From positions 26,096-90,095 of IMG/VR virus record IMGVR_UViG_3300034200_001099: DNA of 64,000 bases; one strand, written 5' to 3'. A program made the translations under genes and the position numbers. The notes under the pieces are model-generated. The model searched no databases. It was not told the origin of the DNA and saw nothing but the letters and a program-made list of their open reading frames with translations. The DNA comes from a virus. Numbering within the stretch: position 1 is the stretch's first letter; the number at the start of each line of letters is the position of its first letter. Positions 38,654 to 48,052 of this stretch are shown here, one piece after another.

Positions 38654-39070
38654 ATGATTAAATTTAAAAAATGGGCCGGAGTTATTCTTAGAAATAAAGA
38701 TGAAGTTTTACTTTGTAAAAGATCGCCAAAAAAACCATTACCAAATACTTGGTCCATACCATCTGGTAAAATAGAAGATGGTGAATCACCAGGACAAGCG
38801 GCCATTAGAGAATTTTATGAAGAGACAAATATTGAATTGAGCACAAAAATAGATTTTGTTGGGTTTATAAATAAATTAAAAGAAGATGGAACAAAAAAAG
38901 GGCATATGTTTGTTTTTTATATAGAAAGTAAAACAAAGATGGAACCTGATTTAGAAAATGCTAAAGACGGATTTGAACATACTGAGTGTAAATATTTTAA
39001 TAAAGAAAACCTACCTCAACAAAAAAATAATGAAGAACTAATGGATTTATTAAAAAAAATTTTAAAATAG
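38654..39070 (+). CDS. NUDIX hydrolase
   Basis: GKIEDGESPGQAAIREFYEETNI. Confidence 0.9.
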   Translation: MIKFKKWAGVILRNKDEVLLCKRSPKKPLPNTWSIPSGKIEDGESPGQAAIREFYEETNIELSTKIDFVGFINKLKEDGTKKGHMFVFYIESKTKMEPDLENAKDGFEHTECKYFNKENLPQQKNNEELMDLLKKILK

Positions 39071-39117
39071 TTTTTAGTTAAGCATATTATTTGTATATTT
39101 GTATTAAATAAAAACAT

Positions 39118-39393
39118 ATGATAAAAAACACCTTTAAACATACTATCAATATTCTAAATGAAAATTTTGGAACCTTACTTAGCGAATCTTTTGTTGACCA
39201 AGTGCAGTTTAAAATTTTTTTAAAAATGGTTGATGGAGCATTAAATTTAAATCAAGATTTATCTTTTTATGATGGGAATACTTTTTTGGTTCACATTCCT
39301 CATAGAATATTAAAAGACTCTGTAATATTAACAAACGTTAAAGAGGTGACGATTGGAGAACAAGTTAGAAACAAAATTGAAACATTAGTATAA
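39118..39393 (+). CDS. hypothetical protein
   Basis: ORF after TATATTTG (39094). Confidence 0.65.
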   Translation: MIKNTFKHTINILNENFGTLLSESFVDQVQFKIFLKMVDGALNLNQDLSFYDGNTFLVHIPHRILKDSVILTNVKEVTIGEQVRNKIETLV

Positions 39394-39394
39394 T

Positions 39395-39829
39395 ATGAAA
39401 AATATTTTTTATTTATTGGTTAGCATTATGTTATTATCTTCTTGTTATAAGGAAGATATTACACCTCAGATGCCTTTAGACCCACAACCAATTATAACTG
39501 ATACCACGACGGTTGACAATGTGGTTTCATTTAAAAACACTACTTGGGTTATTAAAAAGGTTTTAAATACAAACTTTGATCAAGAATTAAGATCAGATAC
39601 AATTGTTTTTTTATCTAACAATGTTTATAGTTTTAATGGGGTTCAGTCAACTTATAATTTTTATCCAAATAATTTAAACTATACCTTGACATTAAATAAC
39701 ACTCCTTGGGGACATATAAGTGCGGGTATTTATGAATACAATATAACACAAGGTGAAATTATAAATTGCCAATTTAATAATTATTTTACAGGACAAAATG
39801 TTTTAAAAATTTGGATGTATAAAGAATAG
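39395..39829 (+). CDS. lipoprotein
   Basis: Lipobox LLSSC. Confidence 0.7.
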   Translation: MKNIFYLLVSIMLLSSCYKEDITPQMPLDPQPIITDTTTVDNVVSFKNTTWVIKKVLNTNFDQELRSDTIVFLSNNVYSFNGVQSTYNFYPNNLNYTLTLNNTPWGHISAGIYEYNITQGEIINCQFNNYFTGQNVLKIWMYKE

Positions 39830-39891
39830 TTTCTTTGTTTATCTTTAAAACAAAGTGGTGGAGTTATTGATTAAATTCAATGTCAACAAAA

Positions 39892-39919
39892 AAAAGGTGG
39901 AGAAATTCACCTTTTTTTG
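39892..39919 (+). terminator. intrinsic terminator
   Basis: AAAAGGTG-N-CACCTTTT plus T-tract. Confidence 0.7.
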
Positions 39920-39948
39920 TTTTTTATTATATTTATTATAAAACATTT

Positions 39949-40677
39949 ATGAAAAAAAATCTATTTGTAATTAATGAAAATGAGAAGGACCGTATTATAA
40001 ATATGCATAAAAACGCAACTAAAAATTTATATATACCTGAAAATAAACTATTGACAGAAGAAAGATTAATTTTGGTTAAAATACAATTACCAGATGGGAA
40101 ATATCTTGGTAGTGGACAACAAGGATATGAATATAAAATTCTTACGCTAGATAAAAAAGATACGGGATATATCGTAAAGTCTTTCACACCTTCTAGAGAA
40201 GCCGTTACAGACGATCCAGTAACAATTTCAAGTGGAATAACAACATCAAAAACTTGGGGTGTTGGGGGTGACTATTATTATGAAGCACCTATTTCTAATG
40301 TAGGATCAACTCAACAAGTAGTTGGTCAACAAGAAAAACCAACTAGATATAAAAGAGGGGCTTGTGAAACAGGAACCACTCAAGAATGCGCACATGCGAT
40401 TCAAATAAGGATGAACGAGGAATGTAAGGCCGATATTTTAAATGCCACTTTAGTTAATTTTCCTAAAGCAAGAACTGGAACAGAAGGAAACTATAAATTA
40501 AAAGAAGATAAAGTTCTTGGATCAGGAACAAAGGCAGTTATTGCCGCTTGTAATTTACCAAAATTACCAAAAGTTGGTGCCACAACCATAACATCACAAG
40601 TATCTGGATTAAACGCAACAATACCTGTTGGAGGAACTTTAACCGATAATGATATAATGACTTTAATGAATCAATAA
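39949..40677 (+). CDS. leader-tagged protein with peptidoglycan-binding-like motif
   Basis: Start ATG 39949; INENEKDRIINMH leader; AIQ...EDKVLGSGTKAVI. Confidence 0.65.
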   Translation: MKKNLFVINENEKDRIINMHKNATKNLYIPENKLLTEERLILVKIQLPDGKYLGSGQQGYEYKILTLDKKDTGYIVKSFTPSREAVTDDPVTISSGITTSKTWGVGGDYYYEAPISNVGSTQQVVGQQEKPTRYKRGACETGTTQECAHAIQIRMNEECKADILNATLVNFPKARTGTEGNYKLKEDKVLGSGTKAVIAACNLPKLPKVGATTITSQVSGLNATIPVGGTLTDNDIMTLMNQ

Positions 40678-40685
40678 AAAAAGAT

Positions 40686-41615
40686 ATGGGAAAAATAATT
40701 TTAACCGAAAGACAATATAGGAATTTGAATCAAATTTTAATTGGCAAAGAAGATGATAGCAAAAAGGGTCGAATAAATGAGGTGGCAAAAACATTTACAG
40801 ATTTTGATGGTAACAGTGCAATACTTGATAGTACTAAATTTACTCTTTCATTAAAAGCGATGGTTAATATTGAAGCATTGACAGGTGAAGACTCCAACAG
40901 GGAATTACAATTACTTTGGGGTACTGTTTTTACGAAAAAAAAAGGAAATAATACACTTTTAAGTAACTATGTTAAGGTAAATTGGGTTAGTGATTGGGTT
41001 AAGTCAATAATGAAAAGTGAAGATGGAACAGTAGAATATAAATGTGATAGTAAAAAATTTAAGTTTACTAAATATGGCAATGAATATAAGCTTGATAGTA
41101 ATTTCTCATGGATACAGAAGGCATTCGATGAATTATGTGCAATGACTGGTGTAGCCCCTGTAGTAGCCCCTGTGGTAGCAGGTGGGGAAACAGTTCCTTG
41201 GACTGCGGTCGAAAAAAAACATATAATTGCGTTCCAACGGTGGTGGTGGCATTTTGTCGAAACTGTAGACCCAGAACCTGGTACAGATGTGGAGGATGTA
41301 TGTAAAACAAAATTTAAGTCCGCGTTATGTGGAGGAAAACCTTGTATTTTGGATCAGGCCGTTGATGGAAAACTTGGAGCAAGTACACAAATATTAATGG
41401 ACAATACGGTTAATCGATCAAATTTTGAAAAATGGTGGAATACTGGCAAAAATGCGGTAGAATATAGTACGTTACCCTATAAATGTACTAGCGCTGAAAA
41501 AGGATATGTAAATCCAGATAAAAATCCAGATAAAAATCCTGTTGAAAAACCAATTGTAGGCGGTGGTGGTGGAGGTGGAGCACCATTTGGTGGTCAATAT
41601 GCTGATATGGTTTAA
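40686..41615 (+). CDS. leader-tagged protein with peptidoglycan-binding-like motif
   Basis: MGKIILTERQY; IAFQRWW...VDGKLGAST. Confidence 0.65.
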   Translation: MGKIILTERQYRNLNQILIGKEDDSKKGRINEVAKTFTDFDGNSAILDSTKFTLSLKAMVNIEALTGEDSNRELQLLWGTVFTKKKGNNTLLSNYVKVNWVSDWVKSIMKSEDGTVEYKCDSKKFKFTKYGNEYKLDSNFSWIQKAFDELCAMTGVAPVVAPVVAGGETVPWTAVEKKHIIAFQRWWWHFVETVDPEPGTDVEDVCKTKFKSALCGGKPCILDQAVDGKLGASTQILMDNTVNRSNFEKWWNTGKNAVEYSTLPYKCTSAEKGYVNPDKNPDKNPVEKPIVGGGGGGGAPFGGQYADMV

Positions 41616-41618
41616 TAA

Positions 41619-42059
41619 TTATATTTTTTTATAAAAAAAATCATAATCATTGTCAGATTTAAGAATTTTATATTCTAATTTTTTATTAATTTTTTGTGAA
41701 AAAATATTGTTTTTTTTTGTTATTGATGATAAATAATCATACCCATATTTTTTTCCTAAATTTTCGGTATATCCTCTGATTGTTTTTCCTAACCCCAAAT
41801 TTCTATATTCTTTTTGAATATACAAATTATGTAAAAACAATGTTACAGTTTCTTTTAAAAAATCATAAGTTGTATAATTTTCTATGGTTTCTAAGATTTT
41901 TTTTATTTTAACGTCATGATCATACATTACATCAATATCTAAAATAAATATTTTTCCAATTTCATTATTATTTGTTTTATCATTAATTGTTAATTTAATT
42001 CCTGGCCAAATAGTTATATTTCCCTCTATCTTATAATAATAATTTTCATTTAATGTCAT
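41619..42059 (-). CDS. GNAT acetyltransferase
   Basis: LYIQKEYRNLGLGK; NIFSQKINKKL. Confidence 0.7.
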   Translation of the reverse strand: MTLNENYYYKIEGNITIWPGIKLTINDKTNNNEIGKIFILDIDVMYDHDVKIKKILETIENYTTYDFLKETVTLFLHNLYIQKEYRNLGLGKTIRGYTENLGKKYGYDYLSSITKKNNIFSQKINKKLEYKILKSDNDYDFFYKKI

Positions 42060-42115
42060 ATTTTTAATATAGTAAAATTATGGTAAATAAAAATATTTTT
42101 TATTATATTTGTAAT

Positions 42116-42505
42116 ATGGAAAAAATGATATATCTAGTTAGAGGAATACCAGGAAGTGGCAAGACAACTTTTGCAAAACAATTAACACGAAATGTGTTTG
42201 AGGCAGACCATTATTTTTATGATAATGACGATAACTACAATTTTATTGCATCTGAAATAAAAGAGGCACATAAAGAGTGTCAACAATATGTTGGATATGC
42301 GATGGAGTCAAACACACCAAAAATTGCAGTATCAAACACATTTACACAAGAGTGGGAACTCCAACCTTATTATGAGTTAGCAATTAAGTATGGTTATTAT
42401 GTGACCTCTATTATTGTGGAAAATAGACACGGAGGAACAAACAAACATGGAGTTCTAGAAGATAAGATTCAATTAATGAAAGATAGGTTTGAGTTTAAAA
42501 TATAA
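42116..42505 (+). CDS. AAA_33 / polynucleotide-kinase-like P-loop kinase
   Basis: LVRGIPGSGKTT, EADHYF, VSNTF; start ATG 42116, 4 nt after TATATTTG. Confidence 0.85.
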   Translation: MEKMIYLVRGIPGSGKTTFAKQLTRNVFEADHYFYDNDDNYNFIASEIKEAHKECQQYVGYAMESNTPKIAVSNTFTQEWELQPYYELAIKYGYYVTSIIVENRHGGTNKHGVLEDKIQLMKDRFEFKI

Positions 42506-42508
42506 GAA

Positions 42509-43162
42509 ATGAAATTTGATAAAATATTAACTAGTGGGGTTGTTTGGATTACTTCGGACACCCACTATTCGCACAAAAACATATGTCGTGGAGTTACGGT
42601 TTGGAGAACCATAGATGGTGATATTCCAATTGATGCGACCAGAGATTTTCCTAATTTGGATGTAATGAATAGTGTTATTGTTGATAACATTAATGAGAAG
42701 GTTGGCCCTGATGATACTTTAATTCACTTGGGTGACGTGGCTTTTGGTGGTGTTGAAAAGATAGGACAATTTTTGGATCGTTTGGTTTGTAAAAACGTTC
42801 ACCTTGTTTTGGGTAATCACGATCAGAACATAAAAAAAAATAGAGAGAACACCAAAGATAAATTTTTATCTATTCAAAACTACTTGGAGGTTAATATTGG
42901 TGGTGTTGATTTTGTGTTATCGCATTATCCATTATCAAGTTGGAACCAACTAAATAAAGGTTCTATTCACCTTCATGGGCACGTACACCTACCAAGAAAT
43001 AAAAGATTTGGTAAAGGTAAAAAAATGGATGTTGGTATGGATGGTAATAATCTTTATCCATATAGTATAAGTGAGATCGTTCATATGATGGATAAACGAT
43101 GTGTTGAGTCAGAGATGAATGGAGATCACCACTTAGATGTTATTATTGATCTTGTGGGTTAA
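42509..43162 (+). CDS. calcineurin-like metallophosphoesterase
   Basis: SDTHY, HLGDV, GNHD, SHYP, HGHVH, DVGMD. Confidence 0.88.
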   Translation: MKFDKILTSGVVWITSDTHYSHKNICRGVTVWRTIDGDIPIDATRDFPNLDVMNSVIVDNINEKVGPDDTLIHLGDVAFGGVEKIGQFLDRLVCKNVHLVLGNHDQNIKKNRENTKDKFLSIQNYLEVNIGGVDFVLSHYPLSSWNQLNKGSIHLHGHVHLPRNKRFGKGKKMDVGMDGNNLYPYSISEIVHMMDKRCVESEMNGDHHLDVIIDLVG

Positions 43163-43188
43163 ACCATAACTCCAATATATTTATAAAT

Positions 43189-44436
43189 ATGAAAATCATT
43201 ATAAGAGAATCACAACTTAATTTAATTAACGAAGCTTTAGGGGTTCCTGATAATATTTTGGATGCTGCCGATACGTTATATGATATTGTTGAAAGAGACA
43301 TCAAATCAATAAGAGACATTCAAGATGAGTATAACTTTGATGGTGAATTAGAATTTGAATTAGGTGATAAGAAAAAAATCAAAATTGATTCATATACTCT
43401 TACAGTAAAAATTGAGGAGATTGAAGATGAAGAAGGGGTCTTAGATATTGTCTCAATGGGAATGGGAGGTGCTTTTGGATTTAATAGGGATGTTTATATG
43501 AAAGAAAACGAACCTTCAACAATTTTGGGATTAACAATAACATTTGCTGTTGGTGAAAATTGGAAACCTGAAGGTCTTATTGAAAAAATGGAAGAAGACA
43601 AAGACGAACATGTTGCATCTTTAGCTCATGAAATAAAACACAAATATGATAAACAATCAAAACAATTTGGTTTAATTGGTCAAGACGCTGAATATCAAGC
43701 AACACAAAGAAGAGGTATTTTTGGAATACCGGTAATTGATAGAGTTTTTTTTAGATACTTGTATTATATTTCTGGTATTGAAAATCTTGTAAGGCCAACT
43801 GAAGTGGCTTACAAATTAAAAAGAAAAAATATTACAAAGTCACAATTCAAAGAATTTTTAGAAAATAATGTGGTTTATAAAGAACTCGTTGAAATTAAAA
43901 ACTTCACATTTGAAGACTTCATCAATCAATTAAAAGAAAGTGAAGATAGATTAGATGCTCTTATTGAACACATTGGTGATGACCCATCCGACATGACAAT
44001 AGATGAAAAAATTAATGTAGTATTAGAAGTAAGTTATATTGATTTAGTTAATAATAGAATGCAAATGTTTATGACAATGACGGAACATGGGATGGATGAT
44101 GTTATAAAATTTGGAACTCAACTTGGCATTTTACCTCCAGGGTTGGAAGGAAATTTGGAGGGAATTCAAAAGACAGATGCAATTAGACAAAAGTTTTTGA
44201 AATATGTTATGAAATACGAAAAAAATCCAACCAAATTTTTTGAAGATGAAATTGAAAACTTCCAATATGTTGCAAATAAAATGTTAAAGAAAATATCAAA
44301 ATTATATGCTATGGCAAAAGACGATGAACAAGTTAGTGAATCAATCATCAATTGGGAACTTCATCAACAAATTATGGAAAAAAAATATGGAAAAAGAAAA
44401 ATTGAAACAAAATACAAAAATTGGAATCTTAAATAA
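43189..44436 (+). CDS. leader-tagged protein with HExxH motif (putative zinc metalloprotease)
   Basis: MKIIIRESQLNLINEA; LAHEIKHKYD followed by a downstream Glu (IENLVRPTE). Confidence 0.65.
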   Translation: MKIIIRESQLNLINEALGVPDNILDAADTLYDIVERDIKSIRDIQDEYNFDGELEFELGDKKKIKIDSYTLTVKIEEIEDEEGVLDIVSMGMGGAFGFNRDVYMKENEPSTILGLTITFAVGENWKPEGLIEKMEEDKDEHVASLAHEIKHKYDKQSKQFGLIGQDAEYQATQRRGIFGIPVIDRVFFRYLYYISGIENLVRPTEVAYKLKRKNITKSQFKEFLENNVVYKELVEIKNFTFEDFINQLKESEDRLDALIEHIGDDPSDMTIDEKINVVLEVSYIDLVNNRMQMFMTMTEHGMDDVIKFGTQLGILPPGLEGNLEGIQKTDAIRQKFLKYVMKYEKNPTKFFEDEIENFQYVANKMLKKISKLYAMAKDDEQVSESIINWELHQQIMEKKYGKRKIETKYKNWNLK

Positions 44437-44594
44437 TAAACTAAAATCATAGTTTGCTCAATACGAGGATTTATTAACCACTAATCCCAATTGTATTCGT
44501 ATTTATTAGTGAACTCAACCTGCCCGTGGAATATGGGGGTTTCTTAAAAAGATTCTTCAAGAGAGTAAATAATTTTATTTTATTTATTTTTACT

Positions 44595-46463
44595 ATGAAG
44601 AATATATTGGTTGGACTTTTTGTCCTATTTTCATCTTTCTTATTTTCTCAATCATGTTCACATACCATACAACGAACCGACACTTGGGGCGATGGTTGGA
44701 ACGGAGGAACTGTGGCCGTTTCCGTTAATGGAGTAACCGTTTTATCTAATTTAAGTTGCGCCGGATATGGACCTACTTCTTCTACATTTTCTGCAGCAGT
44801 GGGGGCAACAATACGAGTGTACCGCACGGCATCAGGATCATATCCTTCTGAAATGCGTATACGAGTTATCAATGGAGCAGGATCTACCATAATCAATACC
44901 GTTCAACCACTTGCTGGAACCTCAACTTCAGGAGGTCATATAGTGGCGGGAAGTTGTGCATCAGTATCACCGGGACCTTGTACTAATACCTATTCGTATT
45001 TAACGGCTACAATGCCATCAACTCCCGGTTTTTTTTCAGTTGGAACATGCACTTTTCAAGGGGATTACAATACATTTAATAGTGTTGTTGCAGGTAGACA
45101 ATACAGATCAACTTATAGTTTAGGTGGTTGGATAACAGTAAGACACACAACACCAGGAGGAACTGTGGTTACTTCAGGACCTTCTCCACTAACATGGACC
45201 GCTACTATATCAGGGACTTATTACGTTCATTACAATACAAATTCAAGTTGTGGAACTGCTTCTTCTTGTGGGACAGATTATATTGAATGTTTAACTTGTA
45301 CTGCACCACCACCCCCATCAAATGATTTAGTGTGTAATTCAACATCTATTACTTGTGGTCAGTCAATATCAGGGACTACTGTAAACGCAACTAACTCTGG
45401 AACGGGTGAAGGTGGATTTTGTTCTGTTAGTCAAACACAACCCGGTGTTTGGTATGTTATTCCAGGAAACGGACAAATTATGACGGCAAATCTTTGTGCT
45501 ACCGCATGGGATAGTAAAATGTCTGTATTTTCAGGGGTAGGGTGCGGAAGTCTAACTTGTGTAGGGGGTAATGATGATTTTGGTCCTGCTTGTGGTAGTT
45601 CATCAGCCTCATATTCATGGTCTTCTGTGGTTGGAACAAATTACTATATATTAGTTCATGGGTATAGTACAAGTAGTAGTTTTTCTATTAATGTAAATTG
45701 TGTTGCCCCTCCAACACCAGGCCCATGCATTAATACTATTTCGTATGGAACACAAAGTTTACCTGTATTTGGTGGAATATCATACACTACCGTACCTTGT
45801 CAGTTTGCTGGTGAATACTCAACTTGGAGTGGAGCCGTGGTAGGAACACCATATATTGCTATGACTACGGTTGCAACTGATTGGATAACAGTAAGAAGTG
45901 GAGCATATAATGGAACTGTTGTTGCTGTTGGATTAGGACCATTATCCTTTACTCCGACAAACAATAATACCTTATACATACACGTTAATACAAACTCACT
46001 ATGTGGAACAGTAAGTGTATGTAGAGATGTTTCTGTAACTAGAATGTCTGCATTACCTATTGAATTGTTATCGTTTGAAGGTAAGAAACAAGTTAACTCA
46101 AATATGTTATATTGGTCAACAGCGTCTGAACATAATAGTAGTCACTTTATTATTGAAAAGAGTGTGGATGGTTTTAAATGGAGTGATATTGGACAAGTAC
46201 AATCTGCTGGTAACTCAACTCAAAAAATAGATTATAGTTTAGAAGATAAAGATGTATCTCAAGTTATCAACTACTACAGATTACATCAATACGATATAGA
46301 TGGTGTGGATGAGGTATTTGGACCAATAGCGATCAACAATAGAGATAGAATAAACATCATTGCTAAGAGAATTAATTTAGCGGGTCAAGAGGTTAATGAG
46401 AATGCAACCGGAATAATTATAGAAATTTATGAGGACGGAAGTATAAAAAGAATTATAAGGTAA
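44595..46463 (+). CDS. Flavobacteriia-type secreted Cys/Ser/Thr-rich protein with T9SS-like C-terminus
   Basis: Signal peptide from ATG 44595; DTWGDGWNGG; duplicated PGPC...WITVR module; LPIELLSFEG...NYYRL.Q.D.DG; NLAGQEV...IYEDG. Confidence 0.75.
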   Translation: MKNILVGLFVLFSSFLFSQSCSHTIQRTDTWGDGWNGGTVAVSVNGVTVLSNLSCAGYGPTSSTFSAAVGATIRVYRTASGSYPSEMRIRVINGAGSTIINTVQPLAGTSTSGGHIVAGSCASVSPGPCTNTYSYLTATMPSTPGFFSVGTCTFQGDYNTFNSVVAGRQYRSTYSLGGWITVRHTTPGGTVVTSGPSPLTWTATISGTYYVHYNTNSSCGTASSCGTDYIECLTCTAPPPPSNDLVCNSTSITCGQSISGTTVNATNSGTGEGGFCSVSQTQPGVWYVIPGNGQIMTANLCATAWDSKMSVFSGVGCGSLTCVGGNDDFGPACGSSSASYSWSSVVGTNYYILVHGYSTSSSFSINVNCVAPPTPGPCINTISYGTQSLPVFGGISYTTVPCQFAGEYSTWSGAVVGTPYIAMTTVATDWITVRSGAYNGTVVAVGLGPLSFTPTNNNTLYIHVNTNSLCGTVSVCRDVSVTRMSALPIELLSFEGKKQVNSNMLYWSTASEHNSSHFIIEKSVDGFKWSDIGQVQSAGNSTQKIDYSLEDKDVSQVINYYRLHQYDIDGVDEVFGPIAINNRDRINIIAKRINLAGQEVNENATGIIIEIYEDGSIKRIIR

Positions 46464-46498
46464 TTAGGATTTCTAAAATATTTAATAAAAGAATATAA

Positions 46499-46526
46499 AG
46501 CCCCCAAATAAAAAATGGGGGTTTTT
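46499..46526 (+). terminator. intrinsic terminator
   Basis: GCCCCCA-N-TGGGGGT plus T-tract. Confidence 0.7.
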
Positions 46527-46562
46527 GTTTTTATTAGAAAAATTTTATTATCTTTGTCTTAT

Positions 46563-46763
46563 ATGATAAATCCATGCAAAGAATGTCCCCACGTTATTCG
46601 TAATCGTCATAATGATACGATTGTTGAATTTGGTCAAAGGACTGGTAAAAAACATAATTGTCATATGACCGAAGGGGTTAAAGATTTATGGAATGTTAAA
46701 AATATAAAATTAGAATGTTATGGATCAAAAAAACAAAAAGTTCAGATTACCGAGAAAGCTTAA
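46563..46763 (+). CDS. small Cys-rich protein
   Basis: PCKECP...HNCH...C; after TATCTTTG (46549). Confidence 0.6.
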   Translation: MINPCKECPHVIRNRHNDTIVEFGQRTGKKHNCHMTEGVKDLWNVKNIKLECYGSKKQKVQITEKA

Positions 46764-46908
46764 AAAAAAATTAAAAAACAATCTTTTTACTTATCCAAAG
46801 AGTGAAAGAAACACTTATTTAATCGCTTGGCCATATAAGTATGAGAAAGATTACATGGATTATAAAAAAGGGTTGTTAAGAAGTATATGATAATAATTTA
46901 AAAAAAAG

Positions 46909-47130
46909 ATGAAAGAAAGAGAAGTAATTTACGGAGTGTGTGATAAGACTGGATCTTGTGATTCCTACTTTGGGTTTTTCAAAAATGAAAAAGATGCTGA
47001 ACACGAGGTTGAAGTTCAAGCTAATAGACTCAAGGAAGACTTGGGTATGATGGATATTGACATTCAAACGGACCGAGCATTATTCGATGGTAAATTAGTA
47101 ATAGTAATTCATTCATATGTGTTAAGATGA
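46909..47130 (+). CDS. hypothetical protein
   Basis: ORF. Confidence 0.65.
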   Translation: MKEREVIYGVCDKTGSCDSYFGFFKNEKDAEHEVEVQANRLKEDLGMMDIDIQTDRALFDGKLVIVIHSYVLR

Positions 47131-47813
47131 TAAACCCAACAGGAAAAAAATTAGAAAAAATTATCTTTAAATTGTTTGACGATGCAAGTCAAGGGGTTGA
47201 TAGATATAATCATAACGATAGTTTGTGGTTAATCTTTACCAATGAGATGAAATGGGTTGTTGAATACACTAAAGACCAAACTCTATGGTATAACTATAAC
47301 TTCTTTAAAGATGAGATGGAGTTAATTGGTTTGGATTGTGTTGAAGATAAAGACCTTATTCAAAAATGGTTTGAGTCAAGATTTTTGGGAATGCCAAAGG
47401 TTGAAGAGGCTTTTGACCCATTTTTCGATCAAGACCAATATGTTGAAGACGTTATTCAAAATGGAGTGAAAGATATCTCTAGTGTATTATATAAAGAGTT
47501 ACTCAGCGTTGAAGACACCATTCAAAATGGGGTGAAACACACCGAGGAGGGATTGAGGCCTGATGACTCTGACGTTGAAGACACCATTCAAAATGGGGTG
47601 AAACTTACCAAAAGTACAATAATGAGTCAAGATTCTAAAATTGAAAACACCATTCAAAATGGGGTGAAAGAGACTATTGGCACACTACGGCGTACTGCTA
47701 AGTGGGGTGTTGATGACATCATCCAAAATGGTGTAAAAGAAACTCATGACGATTGTTCAAATAACATTGCAAGAGTTGAAGGTATAGTTAGAATAGGTGA
47801 AAAATTAAATTAA
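47127..47813 (+). CDS. protein with C-terminal VEDTIQNGVK repeat / variable-spacer array
   Basis: Six 22-23 aa units. Confidence 0.8.
   Translation: MINPTGKKLEKIIFKLFDDASQGVDRYNHNDSLWLIFTNEMKWVVEYTKDQTLWYNYNFFKDEMELIGLDCVEDKDLIQKWFESRFLGMPKVEEAFDPFFDQDQYVEDVIQNGVKDISSVLYKELLSVEDTIQNGVKHTEEGLRPDDSDVEDTIQNGVKLTKSTIMSQDSKIENTIQNGVKETIGTLRRTAKWGVDDIIQNGVKETHDDCSNNIARVEGIVRIGEKLN
47442..47804 (+). repeat. CRISPR-like in-frame array: 30-nt repeat GTTGAAGACACCATTCAAAATGGGGTGAAA with 36-39-nt unique spacers
   Basis: Repeat starts at 47442, 47508, 47574, 47640, 47709, 47775; copies 2 and 3 identical, outer copies degenerate. Confidence 0.9.
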
Positions 47814-47861
47814 TAATAGAAGTAGTAAACATTATTAGAAAATAATATGTATATTTGTGGA

Positions 47862-48038
47862 ATGGAAAAAGAAGATAAAATAGAAATTAATGTAAAAAAT
47901 GGTGACAATTTTCATATGGATAAAGATGTGTATATTCAATGGTTAAAAGCATTTATGGTACTAAATCTTGAAAAAGAGAATTATGATGAGTGTGCCAAGT
48001 TAAGGGATGAAATAAAATCTTTAGGTGAAGATTTTTAA
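47862..48038 (+). CDS. UVR-domain-like small protein
   Basis: ENYDECAKLRDEI; start 4 nt after TATATTTG. Confidence 0.6.
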   Translation: MEKEDKIEINVKNGDNFHMDKDVYIQWLKAFMVLNLEKENYDECAKLRDEIKSLGEDF

Positions 48039-48052
48039 AATAATAAATTGTT

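Noticed and set aside
47442-47804. Calling the array a bona fide CRISPR locus
   Set aside because: It is fully in frame with codon-biased repeat variation, has no AT-rich non-coding leader and no adjacent cas genes; reported as a repeat and a finding instead.
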